The position numbers and the translations under genes were made by a program. The notes below the pieces were generated by a model. The model saw only the letters and a list, made by a program, of their open reading frames with translations, did no database searches and had not been told where the DNA came from. This document shows, one piece after another, positions 1 to 14,566 of a stretch of DNA of 64,000 nt (positions are counted from its first letter, which is position 1; every line of letters starts with the position of its first letter). Source of the stretch: the human T2T-CHM13v2.0 reference genome, Homo sapiens; NCBI RefSeq assembly GCF_009914755.1, contig NC_060932.1, one strand, 5' to 3'.

Positions 1-705
1 ACACACCCTGCGCTATGAAGACGAATATTATCCTCTCCCACCCTGCACATGAGAAAAAATATCACAGGGTGGGTGTACACCTTCTGCGATATGGGGGGGA
101 AATATCTTCTCTTCTTCTGGATAGTAGGAACAATATCACACGGGTTTGTACACTTTCTGTGATATTGGGAGTAATATCAACTTCTCCGCCTTTGAATATT
201 AAGAACAGTGTCACAGACTGGATGTACACCCCCTGCGATATTGGGAGTAAAATCAGCCTCTCCTCTCCATGGATATTAGGAATAATATCCCAGAATGGGT
301 GTACACCTCCTGCTGTATGGGAAGTCATATCTTCCTCTCCCTTCCTGGCTACTAGGAACCATATCAGAGGGTGGGTGTACACAGCCTGCGATATTGCGAG
401 TAATATCACCCTCTACCCCTCCGGATATTAGGAACAATATCACAGAAGGGGTGTACACTTTCTGCGATACTGGGAGTCATAGCATTGTCTTCTTCCGTGA
501 ATATTAGGAGCAATTTCACCGGGTGGATGTACACCCACTGCTCTATTGGGAGTGACGTCATACTCCACCCCCTGGAGATTATATTCGGATCAATATCACT
601 GGGTGGGTGTACACCTACTGCAATATTGAACATAATATCATGCTCTCTCCCTCCCTGGACATTAGGAGCAATATCACAGGTAGGTGTACACCCACTGAGG
701 TATTA
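1..705 (+). repeat. SATR1/SATR2-type satellite, ~73-bp degenerate tandem units
   Basis: Recurring unit close to GGATATTAGGAACAATATCACAGGGGGTGTACACCCCCTGCGATATTGGGAGTAATATCATCCTCTCCC; family name from recall. Confidence 0.85.
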
Positions 706-1390
706 GGCGTAATATTCATATTCATTATTCCTCATTTATTAGTCACATGAATATGAATTACCAATATTAATATTAATAACAAATTGCTGATAAAAAGTGT
801 TCAAAATATTAATATTAATTATTAGGAGCTAATATTACTGTTTTCTAATGTATAAGATCAATATCAGTTATTAATATCAGGCATTATTAATCATTAATAT
901 TAATCATTTATTGTTATCATTCGTATAACTATTTAATATTAATTATCATTATTATTGGTATTGATGTTAAAAATTATATTATCAGTTATTAATGTCGATA
1001 ATTATTAGTATCAATTAATAATGGATGTTATTAATTGCGATAAGTAATATTGATATTAAAATCGATATTATTGATTATCAATTATTAATTGCGATAAGTA
1101 ATATTGATGTTGAAATGGATATTATTTATTATTAATTATTAATTGCGATAATAATATTAATTGCGATAAGTAATATTGATATTGAAATTGATATTATTAA
1201 TTGTGACAAGTAATATCGATATTAAAATGGATATTAGTGATTATTAATTATTAATTGCGATAATGATATTATTAATTGCGATAATGATATTAATTGCGAT
1301 AAGTAATATTCATATTAAAATTGATAGTATTAATTGCTATAAGTAATATTGATATTAAAATTGATATTATTAATTGCGATAAGTAATTTT
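706..1390. repeat. Very AT-rich low-complexity block inside the satellite
   Basis: Repeated ATTAATTGCGATAAGTAATATTGATATT-like motifs and many ATTAAT/AATATT palindromes. Confidence 0.85.
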
Positions 1391-1409
1391 GCCCCATTCC
1401 ACATAATAT

Positions 1410-1712
1410 CTGTGATCTTGTTGCTAATACCCAGGCGGGGAGAGGACGTTATTAATCCCAATAATCCGGAAGGTGTAGACCTCCCCTGTGATATTGTCCC
1501 TAATATCCAAAGGTGGAGAGGGAGATATACCTCCCAATTTCGCAGGGGTTGTACACCACCCCTGTGACATTGTTCCTAATGTCCAGGGGTAGAGAAAATG
1601 ACATGACTCACAATAAGGCAGGGGGTGAACACCCCGTCCATGATATTGTTCCTAATATTCAGGGGGGAAGAGTATGATGTTACTCCCAATATCACAGGCG
1701 GTGTACTCCCCA
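1410..1712 (-). repeat. SATR satellite, ~4 units in inverted orientation
   Basis: Reads GATATTGTTCCTAATAT..AGGGG..GAG..GATGTTACTCCCAATATC, the reverse complement of the flanking units. Confidence 0.8.
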
Positions 1713-1749
1713 TATCCCAGGTTGTGGATAGTATCCCGATCTGTGATAG

Positions 1750-2845
1750 ACTCCGCCACGATGTGGGGAGTAATGTCATCCCCCTCTCCTTCCCTCGGTA
1801 TTACGATACACATCGCAGGGGGGCGGGCGACCCCTACGATGCGGGGAGAAATATCACCCCCCACCCCTGATATTACGAGCCACATCGCAGGGGGGTGGAC
1901 ACCCCCAGTGATGCGGGGAGTAATATCTATCCCCCTTCCCCATGGATATTAGGAGCCACATCACAGGGGCGTGGACACCCTCCGCTGATGCGCAGAGTAA
2001 TATCAACCCCCATCCCTCCCTGCATGTTAGCAGTCACTGAGGACACACAGTGTATTTACCATATTTCCAGTAAGATCATCTTTTCAATTGAACCTTATGA
2101 ACAAGATCACAGAGGGGTGTACACTTCCTGCGATACTGGGGGTAATAGCGTTCTCTCCTCCACTGCATACTGGGAACAATATCACAGGGGTGTGTATTCC
2201 TCCTTCCATATTGAGAGTCATATCATACTTGCCTTCCATATATTAAGAACAATAGCAAAGAGGGGAGTGGACACTGTGACGATATTAGGAGTAACATCAT
2301 TCTCTCTACCCCTGGATATTAGTAGCAATATCACAGGGGGATGTACATTTCTTGTGATATTGAGAGTAGTAGTATTGTCTTCCCCGGTGGATATGAAAAA
2401 CAATACCACAAGGGGCGTCAAACCACCTGCCAAATTTGAGGGCATGTTATCCTCTCCGCCCCCGGATATTAGAGACAATAACACAGGGGTAATGTACACC
2501 CACTGCTTGATCGGGAGAAGGATCATCCTCTCCCTTCTTGGATATTAGGAACAATATCACGGGGGTGGTGGGGGGGTGTACTGCCTCTGCGATATTGGGA
2601 GTAAAACTCTCCTGTCTTCCCCTGGATATTAGGAAGTGTATCAGAGGGGGAGGGTGCACATTCCCTGCGATATTCAATGTAATCTTATGCTCTCCCTCCC
2701 AGGGTATGAAGAACAATATTACAGGAGGGGTGTACACCCTCTGCGATATTGGGAGTCATATCATCCTCTTTCGCTCTGGATATTAGGAAGAATATCACAG
2801 GGCTGTGTACACCCCCTGTGATATTGGGAGTCATATCATCCTGTG
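1750..2845 (+). repeat. SATR satellite (CpG-rich variant units at ~1750-2030)
   Basis: Same ~73-bp unit in forward orientation. Confidence 0.85.
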
Positions 2846-2849
2846 GCCC

Positions 2850-3214
2850 TGAGGAGAGAAACAATTTCTCTACTGTCTCCTGTCTCTGAAGAGGAGGAGG
2901 AAGTAAAAGTGGGAAAACAACAGGAATGAAGTCAGTGGCAAGACCAGCCGGTGGCACTGATGAGCCGGCCTGCGGTGAAAAGATTAACCCCCCCTTAGAT
3001 TAACCCTAAGCACATGTGCTCTGAATCCATCACGGCCCTTTCACGTGGAACCCCTTGGAGTTGTAAGCCCTTAAACGGGCCAGGAACTCTGTCTTCCTTG
3101 GAGGAGCTGGGTTCTTAAGACAAGAGTCTGTCGATACTCTCGGCCGAGTAAAAAAACCTCTTCCTTCTTGAATCTGCTGTCTGAGGGACTTCGTCCACGG
3201 CTCATCCTACTTCA
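2850..3214 (+). mobile_element. 5' LTR of the HERV-E-like provirus (LTR2-related)
   Basis: 3' end GTCTGAGGGACTTCGTCCACGGCTCATCCTACTTCA followed by TTTCT and the PBS; AGTAAA polyA-like signal at ~3147; 5' boundary uncertain. Confidence 0.7.
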
Positions 3215-3219
3215 TTTCT

Positions 3220-3294
3220 TAGTGCCCTGATTGGGAATCAAACGGGGGCAGCAGCGGTAAAAGCACCGAATCCCAACCACTAGACCACCAGGGG
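3220..3294 (-). pseudogene. Full-length degenerate tRNA-Glu copy (including the CCA position) at the retroviral PBS
   Basis: Gap-free 75-nt alignment to the reverse complement of mature tRNA-Glu (TCCCTGGTGGTCTAGTGG...GGTCAGGGAACCA), about 14 mismatches by hand count; CTC versus TTC isoacceptor not resolvable. Confidence 0.85.
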
Positions 3295-4786
3295 AACTTT
3301 GAACCTTGGGGAAAATAGATTGCCCACCATTAGAAGTGGGTCGGCCATCAGAAGGAAGCCTGGACAGGTCCCTTGCTTCTAAGGTGTGGCACAAGGTAAC
3401 TGGTAAAGGACACCTAGACCAGTTCGTATAGACACTTGGTGACAGCTGGTGCTAGACTCCCCACAGTGGCTAAGAGGGCAGGCAGCGGAAATACTAGTAG
3501 CAAAGGGACAGATAGCTAAGGAAGGATCCCGCTCCACCCGCCCAGGGAAATCAACTCCTGAAGCTCTATTCCACCCAGCGTCAGAAGATGCATTGCAGGA
3601 GATGGCACCAGAGATCCCAGTGGTGCCCTCCCCTTAGCAGGGAAAGAGGCTCCCCACTCTTGAGCCCACAGTGCTTGCGCCTCCGCAAGACAAGCGTATC
3701 CCTAGGCCACCTAGAGTAGACAAGGACTTGGGAGAAACCCCTCCCTTGGCAGCTCGTTTACAACCCAAAACCGGGATCCAAATGCCCCTGAGAGAGCAGC
3801 GGTAGACTGCTATAGTTGAGGATGGTCACGTGGTGGAGAGACGTGTTTTTGGGTACCAGCCCTTCACCTCTGCTGACCTTCTCAACTGGAAAAATAATAC
3901 CCCGTCCTATACCGAAAAGCCACAAGCTCTGATTGATTTGCTCCAAACTGTTATCCAGACCTACAACCCCACCTGGGCTGATTACCACCCGTTGCTCATG
4001 TTCCTCTTTAACACAGATGAAAGGCGGAGAGTCCTCCAAGCAGCAACTAAGTGGCTAGAGGAATATGCACCAGCTGATTATCAAAAACCCAGAGAGCACA
4101 TAAGGACCCAGTTACCAGGAACCGACCCCCAGTGGAACCCACATGAAAGAGGGGATATGCAAAGTCTAAACTGAGACAGGGAAGCTCTCTTGGAAGGATT
4201 ACAGAGGGGAGCTCAGAAGGCCACAAACGTTCACAAGGTCTCTGAGGTCATTCAGGGAAAACAAGAAAGTCCAGCACAATTCTGTGCGAGACTGTGTCAG
4301 GCCTATCGTGTGTATACTCCCTTTGATCCCCAGATCCCTGAAAATCAGTGCATGATTAACATGGCTTTAGTCCGTCAAAGCGCAGAAGACATGAGAAGAA
4401 AACTGCAGAAACAGGCTGGGCTTGCAGGGATGAATACATCACAATGATTAGAATAGCTAACCAGATGTTTGTAAACAGGGATGCAGTAAGCCGTAAGGAA
4501 AACCGCAAAGAGAATGAACGTCCGGCCTGGAGAAACACTGACCTGTTTGTTAGCTGCAGCAATCAGAGGGGCCCCCCGAGAGAGGCAAGGGAAGGGGGGC
4601 CCTGGGACAGAAACTCTGCTTGGCTGTCAGAGTTTGCAGTGTAACCAGTGTGCTTATTGTAAAGAAATAGGACATTGGAAGAACAAATGTCCTCAGCTCA
4701 ACAGAAAACAAGGTGACTCAGAGCAGGAGGCCTGGGACAAGGAGGAAGGGGCCCTGCTCAACCTGGCAGAAGGGTTATTGGACTGA
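3295..4786 (+). pseudogene. gag: ERV gag remnant, N-terminus missing
   Basis: p30-like YQPFTSADLLNWKNNTPSYTEKPQ (ORF 3830-4174); MHR-like VIQGKQESPAQF; CCHC knuckle CAYCKEIGHWKNKC at 4649-4690; TGA at 4784-4786. Confidence 0.88.
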
Positions 4787-7700
4787 GGGAGACCAGGCTC
4801 GAGTGTCCCCAAAGAGCCTCTGGTCAGAAGGACAGTCTGGGATAGAGACATTGATTTTCTTGTAGATACCGGTGCTGAACAATCGCTAGTAACCGCCCCG
4901 GTCACCCCCTTATCCAAAAAGACTATTGACATCATCAGAGCCACGGGGGTTTCAGCAAAGCAAGCTTTCTGCTTGCCCCGGGCTTGTGCTGTAGGAGGAC
5001 ATAAAGTGATTCATCAGTTTCTGTACATGCCTGACTGTCCCTTGCTCTTGTTGGGAAGGGACTTCCTTAGCAAGCTGAGAGCCACTATCTCTTTTATAGA
5101 GCATGGCTCTTTGCTGCTAAAGTTGCTCAGAATGGGAGTCATTATGACTCTTATGGTCCCCCAAGAGGAGGAATGGAGACTTTTCTGAACTAAGCCGGGC
5201 CAAGAGATAAGACCAGCTCTGGCTAAGCGGTGGCCAAGAGTATGGACGGAAGACAACCCTTCAGGGTTGGCAGTCAACCAACCCCCTGTACTCATAGAAA
5301 TGAAGCCTGGGGCCCAGCCTGTGACGGAAAAACAGGACCTGGTCCCGCAGAGAAACTCTTCAAGGGATCCAGGTCCATCTCAAGCACCTAAGAACTTTTG
5401 GAATCAGAGTTCCTTGTCAGTCTCCACGGAACACTCCCCTCCTGCGTGTTCCCAAGCCACAGACCAAGGACTACAGGCCGGTACAGGATTTGCGCTTGCT
5501 TCATCAAGCTACACTGACTTTACATCCAGCAGTACTTAACCCGTACACATTGCTGGGGTTGCTGCCAGCTGAGAACAGCTGCTTCACCTGCTTGGACCTG
5601 AAAGACGCTTTCTTTAGCATCAGATTAGCCCCTGAGAGCCAGAAGCTGTTTGCCTTTCAGTGGGAAGATCCGGAGTCAGGAGTCATTACTCAGTACACTT
5701 GGACCAGGCTTCCCCAAGGGTTCAAGAACTCCCCCACCATCTTCGGGGAGGCGTTGGCTTAAGACATCCAGAAGTTTCCCACCAGAGACCTAGGCTACAT
5801 TTTGCTCCAGTACGTTGATGACTTTTTGCTGGGACACCCCATGGCAGTCGGATGCTCCAAGGGAACGGATGCCCTACTCCGGCGCCTGGAGGACTGTGGC
5901 TATAAGGTGTCCAAGAGAAAAGCTCAGATCTGCTGACAGCAGGTAAGTTCCTTAGGATTTACTATCTGACACGGGGAACACAGCCTGGGATCAGAAAGAA
6001 AGCAGGTCATTTGCAATCTAGCAGAGCCTAAGAGCAGAAGGCAGGTGAGAGAATTCTTAGCAGCTGTGGGGTTTGTAGACTATGGGTCTCAAACTTTGCA
6101 GTATTAGCCAAGACTTTGTATGAGGTCACAAGGGGGCGGGGACTGGGAACCGTTTGAATGGGGATCCCAACAACAGCAAGCCTTTCATGAGTTAAAGGAA
6201 AAAATGTATGTCAGCCCCAGCCCTGGGGCTACCCGTTCTGACAAAGCCTTTTCCATTTTATGTGTCGGAGAGAGAAAAGATGGCAGTTGGAGTTTTAACC
6301 CAAACTATGGGGCTGGGGCTGAGGCCAGTGGCCTACCTCTCTAAACAACTAGACGGGGCTCCTAAAGGATGGCCCCCATGTTTGAGGGCCTTGGCAGCAA
6401 CTGCCCTGCTAGTACAAGAAGCAAATAAGCTGACTCCTGGGCAAAACCTGAACATACAGGCCCCCCATGCTGTGGTGACTTTCATGAATACTAAAGGACA
6501 TCATTGGCTAACCAATGCTGGACTCACCAAGTACCAAAGTTTGTTCTGTGAAAATCCCCGTATAACCATTGAAGTTTGGAACACCTTAAACCCTGCCACC
6601 TTGCTCCCGGTATCAGAGAGCCCTGTCGAGCCTGATTGTGTAGAAGTGTTGGACTCAGTTGATTCTAGCAGACCTGACCTCCGGGACCAGCCTTCGGCCA
6701 TCCGTAGACTGGGAACTATACATGGATGGGAGTAGCTTCATCAACCCACAAGGAGAGAGAGGTGCAGGGTATGCAGTGGTAACCCTGGACACTGTTGTTG
6801 AAACCAGATCATTGCCCCAGGGCACTTCAGCCCAGAAAGCTGAACTCATTGCTTTCATTCGGGCCTTAGAACTCCATGAAGGTAAGACTGTCAACATTTA
6901 CACTGATTCTCAGTATGCCTTTTTAACCTTTCAAGTGCATGGAGCATTCTAGAAAGAGAAGGGCCTATTGAACTCTGGGGGAAAAGACATAAAATATCAA
7001 CCAGAAATCTTGCAATGATTTGAAGCAGTATGGAAACCCCACAAGGTGGCAGTTATGCATCGCAGAGGACACCAGCGAGCCTCCAACTTGGTGGGCTTGG
7101 GGAATTCCCGCGCTGACTCAGAGGCTCAAAAATCAGCATCTGCCCCCTTCCGGGCATCAGTCACAGCCCCTCTGCTCCCTCAAGCACCTGATCTTGTACC
7201 TACTTCTTCTAAAGAAGAAAAGGACTTTCTCCAGGTAGAGGGAAGGACAAGTGATGGAGGAAGGATGGATTCGGTTACCAGATGGGAGAGTAGCTGTGCC
7301 ACAGCTACTGGGAGCTGCAGTTGTACTGGCTGTGCAGGAAAAAACCCATCTAGGTCAGGACTCACTGGAAGAGTTGTTAGGCCGGTATTTCTACATCTTG
7401 CATTTGTCAGCTCTTGCCAAAACGGTGACCCAGCGGTGTGTTACCTGCCGACAGCATGATGGGAGTCAAGGTCCAGCCGTTCCGCCTGGCATATGAGCTT
7501 ATGGAGCAGCCCCCTTTGAAGATATCCAGGTAGACTTCACAGAGATGCCAAAGTGTGGAGGTAACAAGTATTTACCAGTTCTTAGGTCTACCTACTCTGG
7601 GTGGGTGGAGGCTTATCCGACACGAACTGAGAAAGCTCATGAAGTAACCTGTGTGCTTCTTCGAGATCTTATTCCCAGATTTGGACTGCCCTTATGGATC

Positions 7701-7842
7701 GGCTGAGATAACGGGCCTGCATTTGTGGCTGACTTGGTACAGAAGACGGCAAAGGTATTGCGGATCACACGGAAACTGCATGCTGCCTACTGGCCTCAGA
7801 GTTCTGGAAAGTTGGAGCGGATTAATCGGACTATCAAAAATA
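4787..7842 (+). pseudogene. pol: ERV pro-pol remnant
   Basis: Protease DTG at 4865-4873; [19 protein letters not shown] (~5710) and YVDD (5811-5822); RNase H DGSS/SAQKAELIA/IYTDS; integrase HHCC zinc finger at ~7345-7450. Confidence 0.92.
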
Positions 7843-10435
7843 GCATTATTGTCTTCTCCGCTGGTTATTAAAAACAATAACACAAGGGGCGTCAAACCAC
7901 CTGCCCAATTAGAGGGTATGTTAACCTCTCCCCTCCTCCTCCACCGCCCCCATATATTAGAGACAGCAACACAGGGGTGATGTACACCCACTGCTTTATT
8001 GGGAGTAATATCATCCTCTCCCTTCTTGGATATTAGGAACAATACCACAGTGCGTGTATACGTCTGTCGTGAAATTCGATATAATGTCATCCTGTGCCTC
8101 CCTAGATATGAAGAACAATATCACAGGGGATGTACAACTTCTGAGATATTGGGAGTGATATCATCCTCTCCCCTCTGGAAGTTAGGGACAACATCACAGG
8201 GGTAGTGTACACCCTCTGTGATGTTGTGACTAATGTCATCCTCCCGCCCCCTGGATATTACAAACCATATCACAAGGGGCGTGTACACACACTTCGATAT
8301 TGGTATTAATACCGTCCTCTCCCTCTTTGGGTATTCGGTGCCATATTTCAGGTGGGGTATACGCCACCTGCAATATTGGAAGTTCTATTATTTTCTCCCC
8401 CCGTGGATATTAGCAACTATATCACAGGGGGTGTGAAAAACCCCCTCGATATTTGGAGTAATATCGGTCGTCTCCCCTCATGAATGTTAAGAACAATATC
8501 GTGAGGGGGCTTGTACACCCCCTTTGATATTTGATATCATCCTGTTTCCCCCTGGATATTAGGAACAATGTCAGGAAGGGATGTACAGACCCTGCGACAC
8601 TTGCTGTCATCTAATTGTCTCTCCCCTAGATATTAGGAAAAATGTAACTGGGGATGTGAACAGCCCTGCGATATTGGGAGAAGTATCATCCTTTCCCCCC
8701 TTGCATATTAGGAACAATATCACAGGTGGGGTGTACTGCCTCTGCGATATTGGGTGTCAAATTATCCTCTCTTCCCCTGGATATGAGGAAGGGTATCAGA
8801 GGGGGAGGGTGTACATTCCCTGAGATATTCAATGTAATCTTATCCTCTCCCTCCCAGGGTATGAAGAACAATATTACAGGAGGGGTGTACACCCTCTGCG
8901 ATATTGAGAGTCATATCATCCTCTTTCACTCTGGATTTTAGGAACAATATCACAGGGTTTTGTACACCCCCTGCGGTATTGGGAGTAATATCATCCTCTC
9001 TCCCTCTGGAGATTAGGAAGAGTATCACAGGGCTGTGTATACCCCCTGCAGTAGTGGGAGTGATATCATCCTCTCTCCCTCTGGATGTGAGGAAGAGTTT
9101 CACAGGGATGTGTGCACCCCCTGCGATACTGGGAGTAATATCATCCTGTCGCCCTCTGGATAGTAGGAAGAGTATCACATGGGTGTGTACACTCCCTGCA
9201 ACGTGGGGAGTAATATCATCCTCTGCCCCCTGGATGTTAAAAAGCAAATCATGGGGGTTGTGCACCTGCTGCGATATTGGGAGTAATATCTTCCTCTCTC
9301 CGCCTGGATAATAGGAGTAATATCACAGGGGTGGTTTACATCCCCTGCGATATTGGGAGTGATATCATCCTCTCTCCCCCAGGATATTAGGAAAAACATC
9401 ACAGGGGGGTGTCCACCCCCTGGGATATTGGTGTCAAACCCCCTGTGATATCAGGAGTAATATATCATCCTCTGGCCCTCTGGATATTAGGAACAATATC
9501 ACGGGGTAGGGGGTGTACACCCGTGCTATATTGAAAGTAATATCATCCTCTCCTTTAGAAACGAAATCACAGTGGGTTGTACAGCTCGTGCGACATTGGT
9601 AGTAATATCGTTCCCTCCTTGCCTGGATATTAGGAACAATATTACAAGGGGGTTGTACACCACCTGCGATATTTGGAGTCATATGATTCTTTGCCCACCT
9701 GGATATTAGGAAAAACATCACGGCGCGGGGGTCGTGGAAAACCCCGGCTATTTTGAAAGTATCATCCCCTTTTTCCCCGGATACTATGAACAGTATCACA
9801 GGAGGGATGTACACCTTCTGCGATAATGGGAGTCATATTATCCGCTCCCTCCCTGAATATTTAGAAAACGTCACAGTGGGGTGTACACCCCTGCGATATT
9901 GGGAGTAATATCATCCTCTCCATCCAGGAAATGACTAACAAGGTCACGGGGGGGTGTACTCCCCCTGTGATACTGGGAGTAATGTCGTCCTCCCCAAACC
10001 TGGATGTTAGCCACAGGATCACAAAGGGGGTGTACACACCCTGCGATATTGGAAGTAATACGATCCTCTCCCCCCGGATATTGGGAAAAATATCACAGTG
10101 CGGGTATACATTTCCTACGCTGTTGGGAGTAATATCATTCTTTTCGTCTCTGGATGTCAGGACCAATATCACAGAGGTGGTGTACATTTCCTTCGATATG
10201 GGGAGTAATATCATCCTCTCCCTGCTGGGATATTAGGAACAATATCCCAGGGTTGTCCACCCTCTGCAATATTGGGAGTAATATCATCCTCTGTTTCCCT
10301 GGATATTAGACACAATATCACAAAAAGGTGTACACCCCCTGCGATATTGGGAGTAATATCATACTCTCCTTCCCTGGATATTAGAAAACAGTATCATCAG
10401 AGGTGAACACCCCCTGCGATAATGGGAGTAACATT
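7843..10435 (+). repeat. SATR satellite array
   Basis: Roughly 35 degenerate ~73-bp units. Confidence 0.88.
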
Positions 10436-10436
10436 T

Positions 10437-10787
<351 letters not shown>

Positions 10788-10984
10788 AGCACTTAACATT
10801 TTTATTTGACATCTGTTGAAGTTATAGATTTATACACACATTGATTGCTGTTTTATTATACACTCGCATATACATAAGATGGGAAATAGAAAAGAATAAA
10901 ATGGGCACAGTATCCCTAAAGTTTCACGTTCTGAGACATTTTAAAACTATATGCTTTTTAGAAACTTGTTTCAATTAAGAAACT

Positions 10985-11680
10985 CTGGTATACACACACA
11001 ATGAAGTATTATTCAGCCTAAAAAGGAAGAAAATCCTCTTCACTGCAGAAAAAATGGGTGAGATTGTAGGTCTCTATGTTAAGTGAAATAAGCCAGGCAC
11101 AGAATGACAAATATTACATGTCCTCACTTCTATGTAGGAACAAAAAAGAAAATCTTGCCCAGGTGTGGTGGTTCAGGCCTGTAATCCCAGCGTTTTGGGA
11201 GGCCGAGTCGCACGGATCACTTGAGGCCAGGAGTTTGAGACCCACCCTGCCAACATGGTGAGACCCCATCTCTACTAATAACACAAACAATGAGCCGGGT
11301 GTGGTGACGTGTGCCTGTAGTCTCAGCTACTCGGAAGGCTGAGGCCCAAGAAGCGCTTGAACCCGGGAGGCGGAGGTTGCAGTGAGCCCGGATTGTGCCT
11401 GTATACTCCAACCTGGGCAACAGAAAGAGACTCCATCCCACACACACCTACACACAGAAGGAATCTCAGGAAGGTGGAGAGTATAAAGGGGGTTAGCAGA
11501 CGCTAGGAAGAAAAGGGGTGGGATGGGGAATGAAGACAAGTGGATAATTGGGCCCCAAAATACAGAAAGATGGAATAAATGAGTTCTAGTGTTTGATAGT
11601 ACAGTATGAATATTTTAGTTCACAAGAATTTCTTGCATATTTCCAGATGCTTTGATAAGAAGCTTCCTAACTTTCTCATT
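10985..11680 (+). mobile_element. L1M 3' fragment interrupted by an Alu (~11157-11438, +)
   Basis: GTTAAGTGAAATAAGCCAGGCACAGAATGACAAATA L1 3' motif; sense Alu dimer inside. Confidence 0.75.
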
Positions 11681-11726
11681 ATGCTGGTTTTTAAGCTCTT
11701 CTCTTTCTGCTCTTGATATCGTGCTG

Positions 11727-12037
<311 letters not shown>

Positions 12038-12084
12038 CATGCTGTATCCTTATCTGTTGTCTGTTGTTGTTTGTTTGTTTTTGA

Positions 12085-14030
<1,946 letters not shown>

Positions 14031-14566
14031 GAGTGGAAATTGTAAATGTGTATACTGGCCATTCTATATGAACTAATATATATTTATAATTTTTAATATT
14101 TATACGTGGTATATTTTCCCATAATAAAAGATGAAAATTAAAACAGTTGGATCTTTAAAAAGAAAAGAAAGAAGCGAATAATACACACCAGCTTTCTCCT
14201 GATTAGAGGAAGAGCCCCAAAGCTTCTATGCACATTCACTTTTCTCTTCTTCTTCTTGCATTATTATGAGGAAATTCTTAGAGGTTGGGGAACTTGAGCG
14301 ACTTTGGCTAATGAGGAGCTCTGTGCCTTGAGCCCCCGAGGCCACAGAATAGTAAATATTCAGTCTGTGCCTCCAGCCCTGCAGTGTGAGGTTCCAGTCC
14401 TGTGGGCTCCACACCCATCACCTGTATTAGGAGGCTCATGTCTCACCCTGTCTTCTGGCCAGCCTTGAGGACGGAGTCTGAGCCTCAATCGTGCAACACC
14501 CAGGGAGGACAGTGGACCTGTTCTCTGTGGTCATGGCCCAGCAGAGGGGAAGGGCAGTTCAGTGAG

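Larger units (their letters stand above)
2850..7842 (+). mobile_element. HERV-E-group (gammaretrovirus-like) provirus, defective: 5' LTR-gag-pro-pol, no env or 3' LTR
   Basis: TG..CA LTR, tRNA-Glu PBS, then capsid, zinc knuckle, protease, RT, RNase H and integrase motifs in order; many stops and frameshifts; ends mid-integrase. Confidence 0.9.

Noticed and set aside
15-2821. Repetitive ILGVISS/GGCTPP ORFs
   Set aside because: Translations of satellite monomers
3220-3294. Functional tRNA-Glu gene
   Set aside because: About 14 substitutions including the stems, T-loop and anticodon loop; an encoded CCA position and PBS location indicate a cDNA copy
1-10435. Palindromic periodic repeats resembling a CRISPR array
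   Set aside because: The inter-palindrome segments are homologous to each other rather than unique spacers, there are no cas genes, and the context is primate satellite DNA
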